DNA of 56,115 nt from Calditrichia bacterium (GTDB taxonomy: Bacteria > Calditrichota > Calditrichia > RBG-13-44-9 > J075), in contig JBOEGD010000035.1 in NCBI GenBank assembly GCA_050633245.1, positions 1 to 56,115 on the forward strand. The letters are read 5' to 3'. The position numbers and the translations under genes are program-made. Positions 28,992 to 37,570 of this stretch are shown here, piece after piece. Below the pieces are notes generated by a model that worked only from the letters and a program-made list of their open reading frames with translations, was not told where the DNA came from and ran no database searches. The first letter of the stretch is position 1. Every line of letters begins with the position of its first letter.

Positions 28992-29369
28992 TCAAGCGTG
29001 TTTTCCGGGCTTTTTCTTGCCTTTTGCACCAGCGGCAACTGCAGCACGCTGATTTACTCCTTTTTGCTGCGTTAACCATGAAACAATCCAAATAGCACCC
29101 CAAAGGCCAGCCATCAACCAAAAGCCGGCATACAGTGGCGCTGCCAGGTCAATGGCATACAATACATGATTAAACCAGGCAGGCACTTCGTCTTTTTTAT
29201 TCACCTTGCTGGCCAGCTGATCGCTGCGGTACACACCGAGCTTCATAAACAGCATTATTCCGGCATAAGCAATAATGAAAAAGCGGAGCCAATCAACTTG
29301 AGTTACAACAGCGGTAATTATCAGCCCTGTTAAGGCAATATCCAGAATGGCATTTTTTAGCCAATTCAT
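28992..29369 (-). CDS. Hypothetical membrane protein
   Basis: Start moved to MNWLK after GGAG (the longer ORF reads into the palindrome); several TM segments, basic tail. Confidence 0.7.
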   Translation of the reverse strand: MNWLKNAILDIALTGLIITAVVTQVDWLRFFIIAYAGIMLFMKLGVYRSDQLASKVNKKDEVPAWFNHVLYAIDLAAPLYAGFWLMAGLWGAIWIVSWLTQQKGVNQRAAVAAGAKGKKKPGKHA

Positions 29370-29394
29370 AAAATTCTCCGGGTAAAGATAAGAC

Positions 29395-29451
29395 ATTGGA
29401 GCAGTTTTCAAAACTGCTCCAATCTGGCTTAGCAAAAAACTGCTCCAGTCT
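29395..29451. repeat. Third copy of the palindrome + extra arm element
   Basis: ATTGGAGCAGTTTT-C-AAAACTGCTCCAAT (29395-29423) + AAAACTGCTCCAGTCT (29436-29451). Confidence 0.9.
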
Positions 29452-29514
29452 AATCATTAACTTATAATAACTCAAATTTTCGACAAAAAATTGATGTGAT
29501 TTACATATTGTTAT

Positions 29515-31929
29515 TTAATCATCAAGCGTCGGATACATTCCCGGCAGTAAAAGTGGCAGTGGCCGCCCCTGCTTTTCGGTTATCATACGAATAAAATTGA
29601 GGGTCGCATCTTCTTCCAAGCTCAAGCTAATTGGCAGCGGATTGAGCACCTTTGCATCAAACAGACCAAGGCTGGACGGCACTTCAACAATGTCTACCTT
29701 TTCATCCGGTAGGATTCCGGCCAGCTCACGTGCAGAAGCGATTGCTGCTCGCAGACCACCAACCTCATCGATGAGTCCGTTTTCCTTACCGTCAATACCG
29801 CTCCAAACACGCCCCTGTGCGATTTCATGAACGGCATCTACTTCCATCTCACGACCAACAGCGACTTTTTTTAGAAAGGTCTGATAGAATCCACGAATAA
29901 AGGTTTCCATTTTTGCCCGCTCGTATTCTGATAGATTTCGGCGAGGAACAGTTATGCCAAGAATCGGCAGGCGAACCCCAAAACCAAGATCGGCATGTTC
30001 GCCAATCTTCACATGATCGGAAGTCATCCCAAGCTTGTCGGTAACACCTTTATCATAAACCCAACCACCAATCACACCGATGGAACCAGTTATCGTTCCC
30101 GGTGCGGCAAAAATTTTACTGCCGTACATCGAAATCCAATATCCGCCAGAGGCAGCAACCTGTCCCTGACTAATAAGGACCGGCTTTTTCTCGGTGATCT
30201 TTTTTACAGCTTCGGCCACATAATCCGATGCCATGCCGTCACCACCCGGCGAATCAACACGCAGCACAACCGCTTTTACATGAGGATTTTTTTCCAACCG
30301 AAGCAGGGTCTTTTCCAACCAGCGAGCGCGAATCCCGGAATCCATAGCGCATGCGCCAAGCGCATACACCAGAGCGATCTTTGGTGTCGGGCCCCAATCG
30401 GGTCGCGATTCATCACGCGCATAAAGCTCATCTTTTAAAATGGGTGCGCTTGGTCCAATCAGCTTCTCCATCATTTTAGAGATGCCGTTCCAGCGACCAA
30501 GCGTATCAACCAGCTGCGTTGCGAGGGCGCGATCGGGAACAACATAGACCTCCTGATTTATGACAGCTTCAAAGCTATCGGCAGCAGCAGGACGCTCGGC
30601 AAGCACCTCGTTACGAAATATGCTATACCAGTCTTCGAGCAATGCTTTGCGCTGCTCGGCATCGGCCTCCGAGAGTTTGTCGCGGGAAAGGCTTTCCGCA
30701 GCCGACTTGTATTTGAAGAAACGCCACTCATCAAAACCTAAACCAAGTTTTTCGAGCGTACCCTTCATGTAGGTGCGTCCCATAATGTAACCGGGAAGCA
30801 TTAAGCTTCCTTCGGGATCGAGCATAACAACGTCCGCAATACTGGCCAAGTGATAGGTGGTCATATTTCCATTATCCAGAAAAACAGCAATTTTTTTACC
30901 GGCTTCTTTTGCAAGGCGCAGCTCTTCACGGATTTCCCAGGCATGCTCGGGCAGAACGCGCAGGCCACTAAGGTTTAATGCGAATCCCTTAATCGTTGGA
31001 TTTTCTCGTGCCTTACGAATGTCTTCGATAACCTCCCAGAATCGCTGGCCTCCATCACCCAAACGATACCCCAGATACTTTACGCGCCCCTTCATTTCCA
31101 TCTTCAGATATTTTGGAGGTCCGGGAAGAATTTTCTCGTAGAAATCCGGCGCATAGTCACCAAACCCAAAACTGTAGCTACTAAAGCTATATTCCTGCTG
31201 CGTGTCGAAATGGCCTTGCGTGGCGATACGACCAAATCCGGATGTTATTGAGATACCCACCGTAAATGCTTCGCTGTCGAAGTAGCGTCCGGTGATGTTT
31301 AAGCCTGGTAATACTTCTACTGCAGCACCAGCGCTCCAGGGCGCTTCATCAAGACGGGTACGTTTTTGCATCGCCAAGTCGCCAAAGAGCGTTAAGCGTG
31401 AATTTCCGAGTGGACGAATTCCCGCTTCAAAGAACCCTTCTCGCGCACTCGTTTCGGTTGAAAGACTACCGGTAAATCCCAGCGAAAGATATTTTGCCGG
31501 GCGCACCAGCCAACCAAGACTAAAAAGCTTTTCTCTATTGAAAGCGTTTTTCGCGCCGCCGGCCCAACTGTAACCAATACCAAATGCCGATGCGCTATTT
31601 CCACCAGCCATTGATAGTTGATAGTCGCGTACGGCAACCCCACCAAACTTCTGACTTTGGGCAGCAAAGCCGATTCCCTTAGCACCTGTAAACATCCCCC
31701 AGTTACGGAAGCTCAGCCCTTCGTCTTCATCTGTAGACCAGTGAAATCGTCCGCTGAAACGCTGTAGCTGTGCAGCATTTGCCGGATTGGCAAATCCGAG
31801 CAAACCTTCCTGAAAGGACGTTGATGACCCCATTAAAAATTGGTTACGTTCGTAAGCAGACACAAAGTCCTGCGCAGCAACAGGTAAAATCGATGTCAAT
31901 ACGAATAAGAGTAGCAAGACGAAACGCAT
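29515..31929 (-). CDS. sppA: Signal peptide peptidase SppA (S49, tandem domains) with long N-terminal beta-rich extension
   Basis: KYKSAAE, LRVDSPGG, VAASGGY, TITGSIGV, AQGRVWSG; start moved to MRFVL after AGGAG. Confidence 0.88.
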   Translation of the reverse strand: MRFVLLLLFVLTSILPVAAQDFVSAYERNQFLMGSSTSFQEGLLGFANPANAAQLQRFSGRFHWSTDEDEGLSFRNWGMFTGAKGIGFAAQSQKFGGVAVRDYQLSMAGGNSASAFGIGYSWAGGAKNAFNREKLFSLGWLVRPAKYLSLGFTGSLSTETSAREGFFEAGIRPLGNSRLTLFGDLAMQKRTRLDEAPWSAGAAVEVLPGLNITGRYFDSEAFTVGISITSGFGRIATQGHFDTQQEYSFSSYSFGFGDYAPDFYEKILPGPPKYLKMEMKGRVKYLGYRLGDGGQRFWEVIEDIRKARENPTIKGFALNLSGLRVLPEHAWEIREELRLAKEAGKKIAVFLDNGNMTTYHLASIADVVMLDPEGSLMLPGYIMGRTYMKGTLEKLGLGFDEWRFFKYKSAAESLSRDKLSEADAEQRKALLEDWYSIFRNEVLAERPAAADSFEAVINQEVYVVPDRALATQLVDTLGRWNGISKMMEKLIGPSAPILKDELYARDESRPDWGPTPKIALVYALGACAMDSGIRARWLEKTLLRLEKNPHVKAVVLRVDSPGGDGMASDYVAEAVKKITEKKPVLISQGQVAASGGYWISMYGSKIFAAPGTITGSIGVIGGWVYDKGVTDKLGMTSDHVKIGEHADLGFGVRLPILGITVPRRNLSEYERAKMETFIRGFYQTFLKKVAVGREMEVDAVHEIAQGRVWSGIDGKENGLIDEVGGLRAAIASARELAGILPDEKVDIVEVPSSLGLFDAKVLNPLPISLSLEEDATLNFIRMITEKQGRPLPLLLPGMYPTLDD

Positions 31930-32005
31930 GGATTGTCTCCTGTATATCATGAAATCAAAATATTTTGATTGTGCTTTTAATACCCCAAAGCCAAGGGTGA
32001 GTTGC

Positions 32006-32044
32006 AAAAAAAAAGTCCGTCCCGAAGTTTCGGGACGGACTTTT
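32006..32044 (-). terminator. Intrinsic terminator downstream of tRNA-Val
   Basis: AAAAGTCCGTCCCGA-AGTT-TCGGGACGGACTTTT with a T9 tract on the minus strand. Confidence 0.88.
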
Positions 32045-32050
32045 ATCGGG

Positions 32051-32125
32051 TGGGCCCTACTGGATTCGAACCAGTGACCCCCGCCTTGTAAGGGCGGTGC
32101 TCTAAACCAGCTGAGCTAAGAGCCC
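32051..32125 (-). tRNA. tRNA-Val(TAC), CCA not encoded
   Basis: GGGCTCT TAGCTCAGCTGGTTTAGAGC A CCGCC-CTTACAA-GGCGG GGGTC ACTGG-TTCGAAT-CCAGT AGGGCCC A cloverleaf. Confidence 0.96.
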
Positions 32126-32127
32126 GT

Positions 32128-32370
32128 CTATTCAGATGATACTTCTTTTTTACGATACATAATTCCAAATGGAATTACAACGGCAAATGCTAAAACCAGG
32201 AGCAACGGCGCCAGAGTAACGGTCATAAAGTCATCCGGATGATCTGGCATCGCCATAAAAACATAAGCAACGGCAATAATAACTGCTCCAAGCGCAAGAA
32301 TCAGAAGATTTGTTTTATCCAGCGGGAAACTAAATGTCTCTTCGTTGGTACTGCCTTTTTGCTTTGCCAT
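32128..32370 (-). CDS. DUF3098-like small two-TM membrane protein
   Basis: F.L.KTNLLILALG...FM.......LAPLLLVLAFAVVIPFGIM; start moved to MAKQK. Confidence 0.75.
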   Translation of the reverse strand: MAKQKGSTNEETFSFPLDKTNLLILALGAVIIAVAYVFMAMPDHPDDFMTVTLAPLLLVLAFAVVIPFGIMYRKKEVSSE

Positions 32371-32476
32371 AATATTGCTCTTTTCAGTTTTTTGACTCAA
32401 TTTGAGCGAAACAAAGATAAACGCCCGTGATTCTAAAAGCAAGCACTATTCTTTACACGCATAAAGATTTTTCGTT

Positions 32477-33325
32477 TTATATATCGCGGAAATAAAGTCC
32501 GATATCCAATGCCTGTACCGAATGTGTTAATGCACCAACGGAAATACAGTCCACGCCCGTCTCGGCAATTTCGCGAATGCGCTCGATTGTAACACCGCCG
32601 GATGCTTCGACCTTCGAGCGGCCAGCAATTTTTTGCACTGCTTCGCGCATCATTTCGGTAGACATATTATCAAGCATAATAATATCCACATCCATTGCCA
32701 GTGCTTCATCAACTTCTGCCAGCGAACTGGTTTCTACTTCAATCGTCAGTTTCTTGGGGTTATTTTCGCGCACTTTATTAACTGCAGTGCGAATACCGCC
32801 AGCCAATTTAATATGGTTATCCTTAATCATAATGGCATCAAATAAACCATAGCGATGATTCGTGCCACCGCCGATGGCAACAGCATATTTCTCCAGAACC
32901 CGCAGTCCCGGAAGCGTCTTGCGCGTATCGAGAATTTGCACCGGTAAATCGCCGCGTGCTTTTACATAACGATCGGCCATACTTGCAATGCCAGACATTC
33001 GCTGCATCAGGTTTAGTGCGAGACGCTCACCCGTTAGTATTGCACGACGTGATCCTTTAATTTCCAAAATGATTTGCCCATTACTTACCGCATCGCCATC
33101 CTGAAACAGGGGCTTCCAGGCAATATCCTTATCTAAACGACGAAAAACGCGCTCGGCAACGCCAATCCCGCAAAGAATGCCATTATCTTTTACCTTCATA
33201 AATGCAGAAGACTGCTCTTCCGGTTGGAATAACGCGTTCGTCGTTGCATCCCCATCACGAATATCTTCCTCGAACGCAAGATCGATAATATTGTCAATTA
33301 CCTGCCAATCGTCTTTACTGAACAT
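32477..33325 (-). CDS. nadC: Nicotinate-nucleotide diphosphorylase (quinolinate phosphoribosyltransferase)
   Basis: ERLALN, DTRKTLPG, HRYGL, IKDNH, IEVE, MLDN, EASGG, SVGALTHS. Confidence 0.96.
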   Translation of the reverse strand: MFSKDDWQVIDNIIDLAFEEDIRDGDATTNALFQPEEQSSAFMKVKDNGILCGIGVAERVFRRLDKDIAWKPLFQDGDAVSNGQIILEIKGSRRAILTGERLALNLMQRMSGIASMADRYVKARGDLPVQILDTRKTLPGLRVLEKYAVAIGGGTNHRYGLFDAIMIKDNHIKLAGGIRTAVNKVRENNPKKLTIEVETSSLAEVDEALAMDVDIIMLDNMSTEMMREAVQKIAGRSKVEASGGVTIERIREIAETGVDCISVGALTHSVQALDIGLYFRDI

Positions 33326-33485
33326 ATAAACAGCTCCGCTTAAAATTCGTTGATTATTATCGCTGTAAATGTAGGAAGGCAGATTGCAGAATGGAAACAG
33401 ATTATTCTAAACTGTTGCATCTTTCCCATAAAATAAAAATATTGAATCCGACTTTATAAGTTGGTTGCCACACAGGAGAAGGGTT

Positions 33486-34232
33486 ATGATACGTTCAATA
33501 TATTTTTTATCTACGCTGCTATTTTTAGCGCTGCTGTTCGCAGGCTGCCAACAGCAATCAGCTGAGAACAAAAGCGAAGCCGCACCGGAGGAAGTAGTTG
33601 AAGAGATTGCTTCTGAAGAGGTAGACGGTGTTTGTATTTGGGACGGAACCAGCCTGCGGGCAATTCCAAGTCAGAAAGGTCGCTATATTTCCGGCATTTC
33701 ACTGGGTGAAAAAGTAACCTGGATGGGACTCACAAAAACAGACAGCAGCAAATCCCGCAAAGTAGACTATTTAAAGGTTCGCTTGTCAGACGGCACCGAA
33801 GGTTGGGCATCATCCAGCGGCATCGTTCGTGAGGCACATGCCGGAGCAATCGTACATAAAATATATGTATATCGTCGCCCGGATCTGCTTACCGTTACCG
33901 ACACTTACTTTGATCCTATGGAAATGGTTGCAATTAGCAAGAATCAGGAAGGCTGGCTGGAGGTTGTTGGCCCTCAGCGCAAAAAGAGAGGCTGGATCAG
34001 AGATGATGGTGGCGTCTCAATCGACAAGGCTGACGTTGCCGTTGCCATCCTGGCATCGAAAGCATTTCAGCTTAGTGGCGAGAGAGAGCGCAATACCAAG
34101 CTAAAGTCAATTATCGAGAATCCGCAGTTCGAGAATTCCGTATTTATTTCCGCATTACGCAACATGTTATCTCCCGAACCGACGTTTGAAGAGATGGAGA
34201 TGGAAGACGCCAATGGAGAGAACACGTACTAG
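33486..34232 (+). CDS. Lipoprotein with SH3-like domains
   Basis: Lipobox LFAGC; KVRLSDGTEGW and WLEV...KRGWI SH3b-like segments; start moved to MIRSI. Confidence 0.75.
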   Translation: MIRSIYFLSTLLFLALLFAGCQQQSAENKSEAAPEEVVEEIASEEVDGVCIWDGTSLRAIPSQKGRYISGISLGEKVTWMGLTKTDSSKSRKVDYLKVRLSDGTEGWASSSGIVREAHAGAIVHKIYVYRRPDLLTVTDTYFDPMEMVAISKNQEGWLEVVGPQRKKRGWIRDDGGVSIDKADVAVAILASKAFQLSGERERNTKLKSIIENPQFENSVFISALRNMLSPEPTFEEMEMEDANGENTY

Positions 34233-34297
34233 GTTTTCCATCGACACTTAATCTCAACGTTCCAAGTAGCTTCTCATACATTTTTCTACATCTTCTC

Positions 34298-34320
34298 AAA
34301 AGCCCGTGACTCGGGCTTTT
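34298..34320. terminator. Intrinsic terminator
   Basis: AAAAGCCCG-TGACT-CGGGCTTTT. Confidence 0.75.
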
Positions 34321-34352
34321 GGCGTTTCTACCACCTATTGGTCCACATCACC

Positions 34353-34383
34353 TGTTAACCTCTTGATACTTGTGCTCGTCTTA
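34353..34383 (+). promoter_or_regulatory. Putative ECF sigma promoter
   Basis: TGTTAAC-N17-CGTCTTA upstream of the serine hydrolase/ECF gene run. Confidence 0.6.
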
Positions 34384-34428
34384 GCTATTAAACGCCCTGT
34401 TTTAATTATGAAATCCGGAGACGCAGCA

Positions 34429-35799
34429 ATGAGACGAACAACTTTGATCGTATGCCTCTTACTCTTTACCCAACTCACATTCGCTCAAACAGACAAACTT
34501 CAGAAACCCGGCAGAGATTGGCAAATTTATAATGATGTAGAGGATGCAGGATATTCGACTGCAAAACTCGATTCAGCAAAAAGGCTTTTCGATACAAGTA
34601 AAGGTGCCGCGCTATTTGTCGTACATCAGGGCCGCGTTCTCTTATCGCTGGGGGAGACCAATCGGCGGTTTATGTGTGCATCAATGCGTAAAAGCTTTAT
34701 GAGTGCACTCATAGGCATTGCGGCTGCTAATCAGCAGATTGACCTCTCAGAAACACTGGAGTCATTAAACATTGATGATATCCAACCTCTATCGAAAACT
34801 GAAAGAACAGCAACCCTCACCGATCTGCTTGCTGCAAGATCAGGGGTTTATCACCCAGCTGCATTTTCACCAAAAGGTATGGCAGCGAATTTACCTCCGC
34901 GGGGAAGTCATCTGCCGGGTGATTTTTGGTACTATAACAATTGGGATTTTAATGTATTGGTTAGCATTTATGAGCAGAAAACCGAAACAGGAATCTTTGA
35001 TGCCTTCGATAAGCTAATAGCAAAACCGCTGCAAATGAACGATTTCAAATTGGAGCACACTTATTATTGTTACGAGCGCAAGATATCGAATCACCCTGCC
35101 TATCTTTTTCGCATGACGGCTCGGGACATGGCGCGTTTTGGCTTACTTTATTTGAATAACGGCAAGTGGGGTAACCAACAAATTATCTCCGAAGAGTGGA
35201 TCAAAAAAAGTACCGAACCGATAAGTCGCGACATCGGTGCTTTCGCGGATCGCGGAGCATATGGTTATTTATGGTGGATCTCAAATCCGATTCGCGATAT
35301 AAACATGTATTTTGCAAGCGGTGTCGGTGGTCAAAAAATTGCTGTTCTTCCGGAAGCAGACCTGGTTATCGTCCACCTGGCAAATTCATACCAGTTCCAA
35401 AATGTTCGACATGGCAAGTTTCTAAAGCTGGTCGAGACAATACTTGATGCTCGTGTAACCCCAGCTATCAACAATCCCCGGGTGACATCCCTTCAAATGC
35501 CGACGCGCGCAATTCCAGAAACAATGAACTCTGCTCCGGATGACCTTTCAAAACTGGAAGGTACCTATAGACATCGAATTCTGGGAGCATCTCATGTAAA
35601 GGTTAAAGGGGATATGCTTGAGTTGGAAGTTCGAGTAGGCAAATTCCAAATGCTACCGACGAGCCCATTAAACTTTTGGATTCCGGATATCGAATTACCG
35701 GCAGTATTTGCACCGGCGCCGTCACCGGACATGAAATATAAAGCGAAATCGGTAATTGATGACAACCGGGAGGCGACAAGCATCGTATTGTATTTCTAA
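34429..35799 (+). CDS. Serine hydrolase, beta-lactamase class C/PBP-like family
   Basis: SMRK (SxxK), YYNN, MTARDMARFGLLYL, YGYLWW; signal peptide; start moved to MRRTT after GGAG. Confidence 0.9.
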   Translation: MRRTTLIVCLLLFTQLTFAQTDKLQKPGRDWQIYNDVEDAGYSTAKLDSAKRLFDTSKGAALFVVHQGRVLLSLGETNRRFMCASMRKSFMSALIGIAAANQQIDLSETLESLNIDDIQPLSKTERTATLTDLLAARSGVYHPAAFSPKGMAANLPPRGSHLPGDFWYYNNWDFNVLVSIYEQKTETGIFDAFDKLIAKPLQMNDFKLEHTYYCYERKISNHPAYLFRMTARDMARFGLLYLNNGKWGNQQIISEEWIKKSTEPISRDIGAFADRGAYGYLWWISNPIRDINMYFASGVGGQKIAVLPEADLVIVHLANSYQFQNVRHGKFLKLVETILDARVTPAINNPRVTSLQMPTRAIPETMNSAPDDLSKLEGTYRHRILGASHVKVKGDMLELEVRVGKFQMLPTSPLNFWIPDIELPAVFAPAPSPDMKYKAKSVIDDNREATSIVLYF

Positions 35800-35870
35800 A
35801 TGTGCTTAAACAATCGGCACTAGCCTCCTTGAGCAAAATTGGTCTGTAAACCCAGGAGAAGGAAACGTAT

Positions 35871-36359
35871 ATGGTTCTCAACTTTATTTCTGCAGCTATT
35901 TTTGGAATATTTATTCTTATCGGATGGCTGAGTTACACACGCTATTTAAGATATCAATTCAGGGTAAACACTCTGAATTCGCGTCTAAATATGGTATTGG
36001 AAAAGCTTGGCAAGGAGCAGGAAGTCATAAAGTTTTTGGAAAGCCCGGTTGGACAGCGCCTTTTTAACAATTTGACGTCTGCCGGAACCTCTACCAAGAT
36101 TCCGATAATCGTTATGTTAAGTAGCGGAATTATTTCATTGTCAACCGGCATCGGCTCCTGGTGCTTAACATTTTTTGTTGAAGATGATTTCATTTTCGGA
36201 GCCGTATTTATGACAGCAATTGGCATCGGTTTCTTAATTGCTGCAGGTGTCACGTTTGTACTGTCGCGTAAATGGGAAATTCTGGATGAGCCGGAGGGCT
36301 TAACGGATATCTACATGTCACAAACAACCGAAACCGGACATACGGACACCGGTTCATGA
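35871..36359 (+). CDS. Membrane protein co-transcribed with ECF sigma (DUF6249-like)
   Basis: Three hydrophobic segments; ATGA overlap with the sigma gene. Confidence 0.7.
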   Translation: MVLNFISAAIFGIFILIGWLSYTRYLRYQFRVNTLNSRLNMVLEKLGKEQEVIKFLESPVGQRLFNNLTSAGTSTKIPIIVMLSSGIISLSTGIGSWCLTFFVEDDFIFGAVFMTAIGIGFLIAAGVTFVLSRKWEILDEPEGLTDIYMSQTTETGHTDTGS

Positions 36360-36871
36360 ACCAATCTGATTTCGAAGATTTTCATGAACAAACAGCAACG
36401 CAACTATGGGCATATATTATCCGAATTTGTGGCAATCGTGAGCTGTCCAAAGATATATTACAAGAAAGCTATTTGCGATTTTTACAGCGTCCGCCCAACA
36501 GCAATGATTTTGCTGCAATGAAAAGCTATCTCTATACAATTGCCACTCGCCTGAATATAGACCGTCTTAAAAGCTCGGGATATCGACGATTGAGTTTCTA
36601 CTCATTTTTTGGAGAAGAAAGAGAACCTGCTTCAGATTTTCAGATGAAGTCGTCATTGCGTATAGATATGGACTTTGTTTTTCATCTGCTAAAGCCAAAA
36701 GAAAGAGCAATCCTATGGCTTGCATATGTCGAAGAACACCCTCATGATTCCATTGCGCATATTTTGGGATGCAAGAAACCAAGTGTCAAAGTAATGTTGT
36801 TTCGCGCACGCCGCAAACTAACAGCACTGTTAAAGCAATATAAAGTTGATGAGGAACATGGCTATGAATAA
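36356..36871 (+). CDS. ECF RNA polymerase sigma factor
   Basis: DILQESYLR, SYLYTIATR, region 4 IAHILG...SVKVMLFRARRKL. Confidence 0.9.
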   Translation: MNQSDFEDFHEQTATQLWAYIIRICGNRELSKDILQESYLRFLQRPPNSNDFAAMKSYLYTIATRLNIDRLKSSGYRRLSFYSFFGEEREPASDFQMKSSLRIDMDFVFHLLKPKERAILWLAYVEEHPHDSIAHILGCKKPSVKVMLFRARRKLTALLKQYKVDEEHGYE

Positions 36872-37334
36872 GAACCCGTGCTCTTATACTAAACAAATCC
36901 GTTCTGAAGCGAAACATGGAGAGTTGAATAAGCAACTTAAGCAGCATTTATCCGGTTGCGAATATTGCCGGGAAGAGAAGCAAATAATCGACTGCTTCGA
37001 CCGCTTAAAGGAAACCGTTCCGGTAAAGCCTGCTACCCTAACTTCCAGGCAGCTCTGGATCCGGGCCACCCTTATTCAACAGCAAGATATGGGTCGACGT
37101 AGACTGCGCCTAATCTTTCTCATTCAAACAGGTTTGCAGATTTTTCTCGCGGGTATCCTGCTCACTTTCTTCTTCTGGAACAGAGGGAGCATTATTCAGG
37201 GATTGCAGAAGCTTACAACAGACATACCTACAGTAATGACAGAGCCGAATCTAGTATTTTGGGTGATCGTAGGAGTTGTCATTCTTGTAGTAAATATGCT
37301 GGCATCTTTAAACTGGATAATACCGGAAGAATAG
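36864..37334 (+). CDS. Putative zinc-binding membrane anti-sigma factor
   Basis: HLSGCEYC (HxxxCxxC) plus two TM helices; overlaps the sigma stop. Confidence 0.78.
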   Translation: MNKNPCSYTKQIRSEAKHGELNKQLKQHLSGCEYCREEKQIIDCFDRLKETVPVKPATLTSRQLWIRATLIQQQDMGRRRLRLIFLIQTGLQIFLAGILLTFFFWNRGSIIQGLQKLTTDIPTVMTEPNLVFWVIVGVVILVVNMLASLNWIIPEE

Positions 37335-37511
37335 TATTCGAATGTTACTTCACTGAAGAGCCAGAAAGGGTTGTGCAATATTTCCCGGACACTTTCTCAC
37401 CCACTTCCATCCTCAATGCCTTACACAGAGTGATATTATGGCAAATATTGTATCGCAAACCGGATCGATCTATATTAAGGCAAACCAGCAGCAAAAAATT
37501 ATTATGATATA

Positions 37512-37539
37512 TGCGTCTTTTTCCCTCCACTGCCGTCTA
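37512..37539 (+). promoter_or_regulatory. Putative ECF (SigZ-type) promoter
   Basis: TGCGTC-N16-CGTCTA about 30 nt upstream of the flavoprotein start. Confidence 0.5.
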
Positions 37540-37570
37540 TGAAGATAAATGGCGATAAAGGAGATTTACT

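Noticed and set aside
12538-29451. Palindrome copies as ends of a 17-kb composite mobile element
   Set aside because: No transposase or target duplication seen, and the enclosed genes look like ordinary chromosomal content; dispersed REP-like copies explain it better
32051-32125. tRNA-Val as an integration site for an island
   Set aside because: No integrase and no duplicated tRNA 3' end seen in the window
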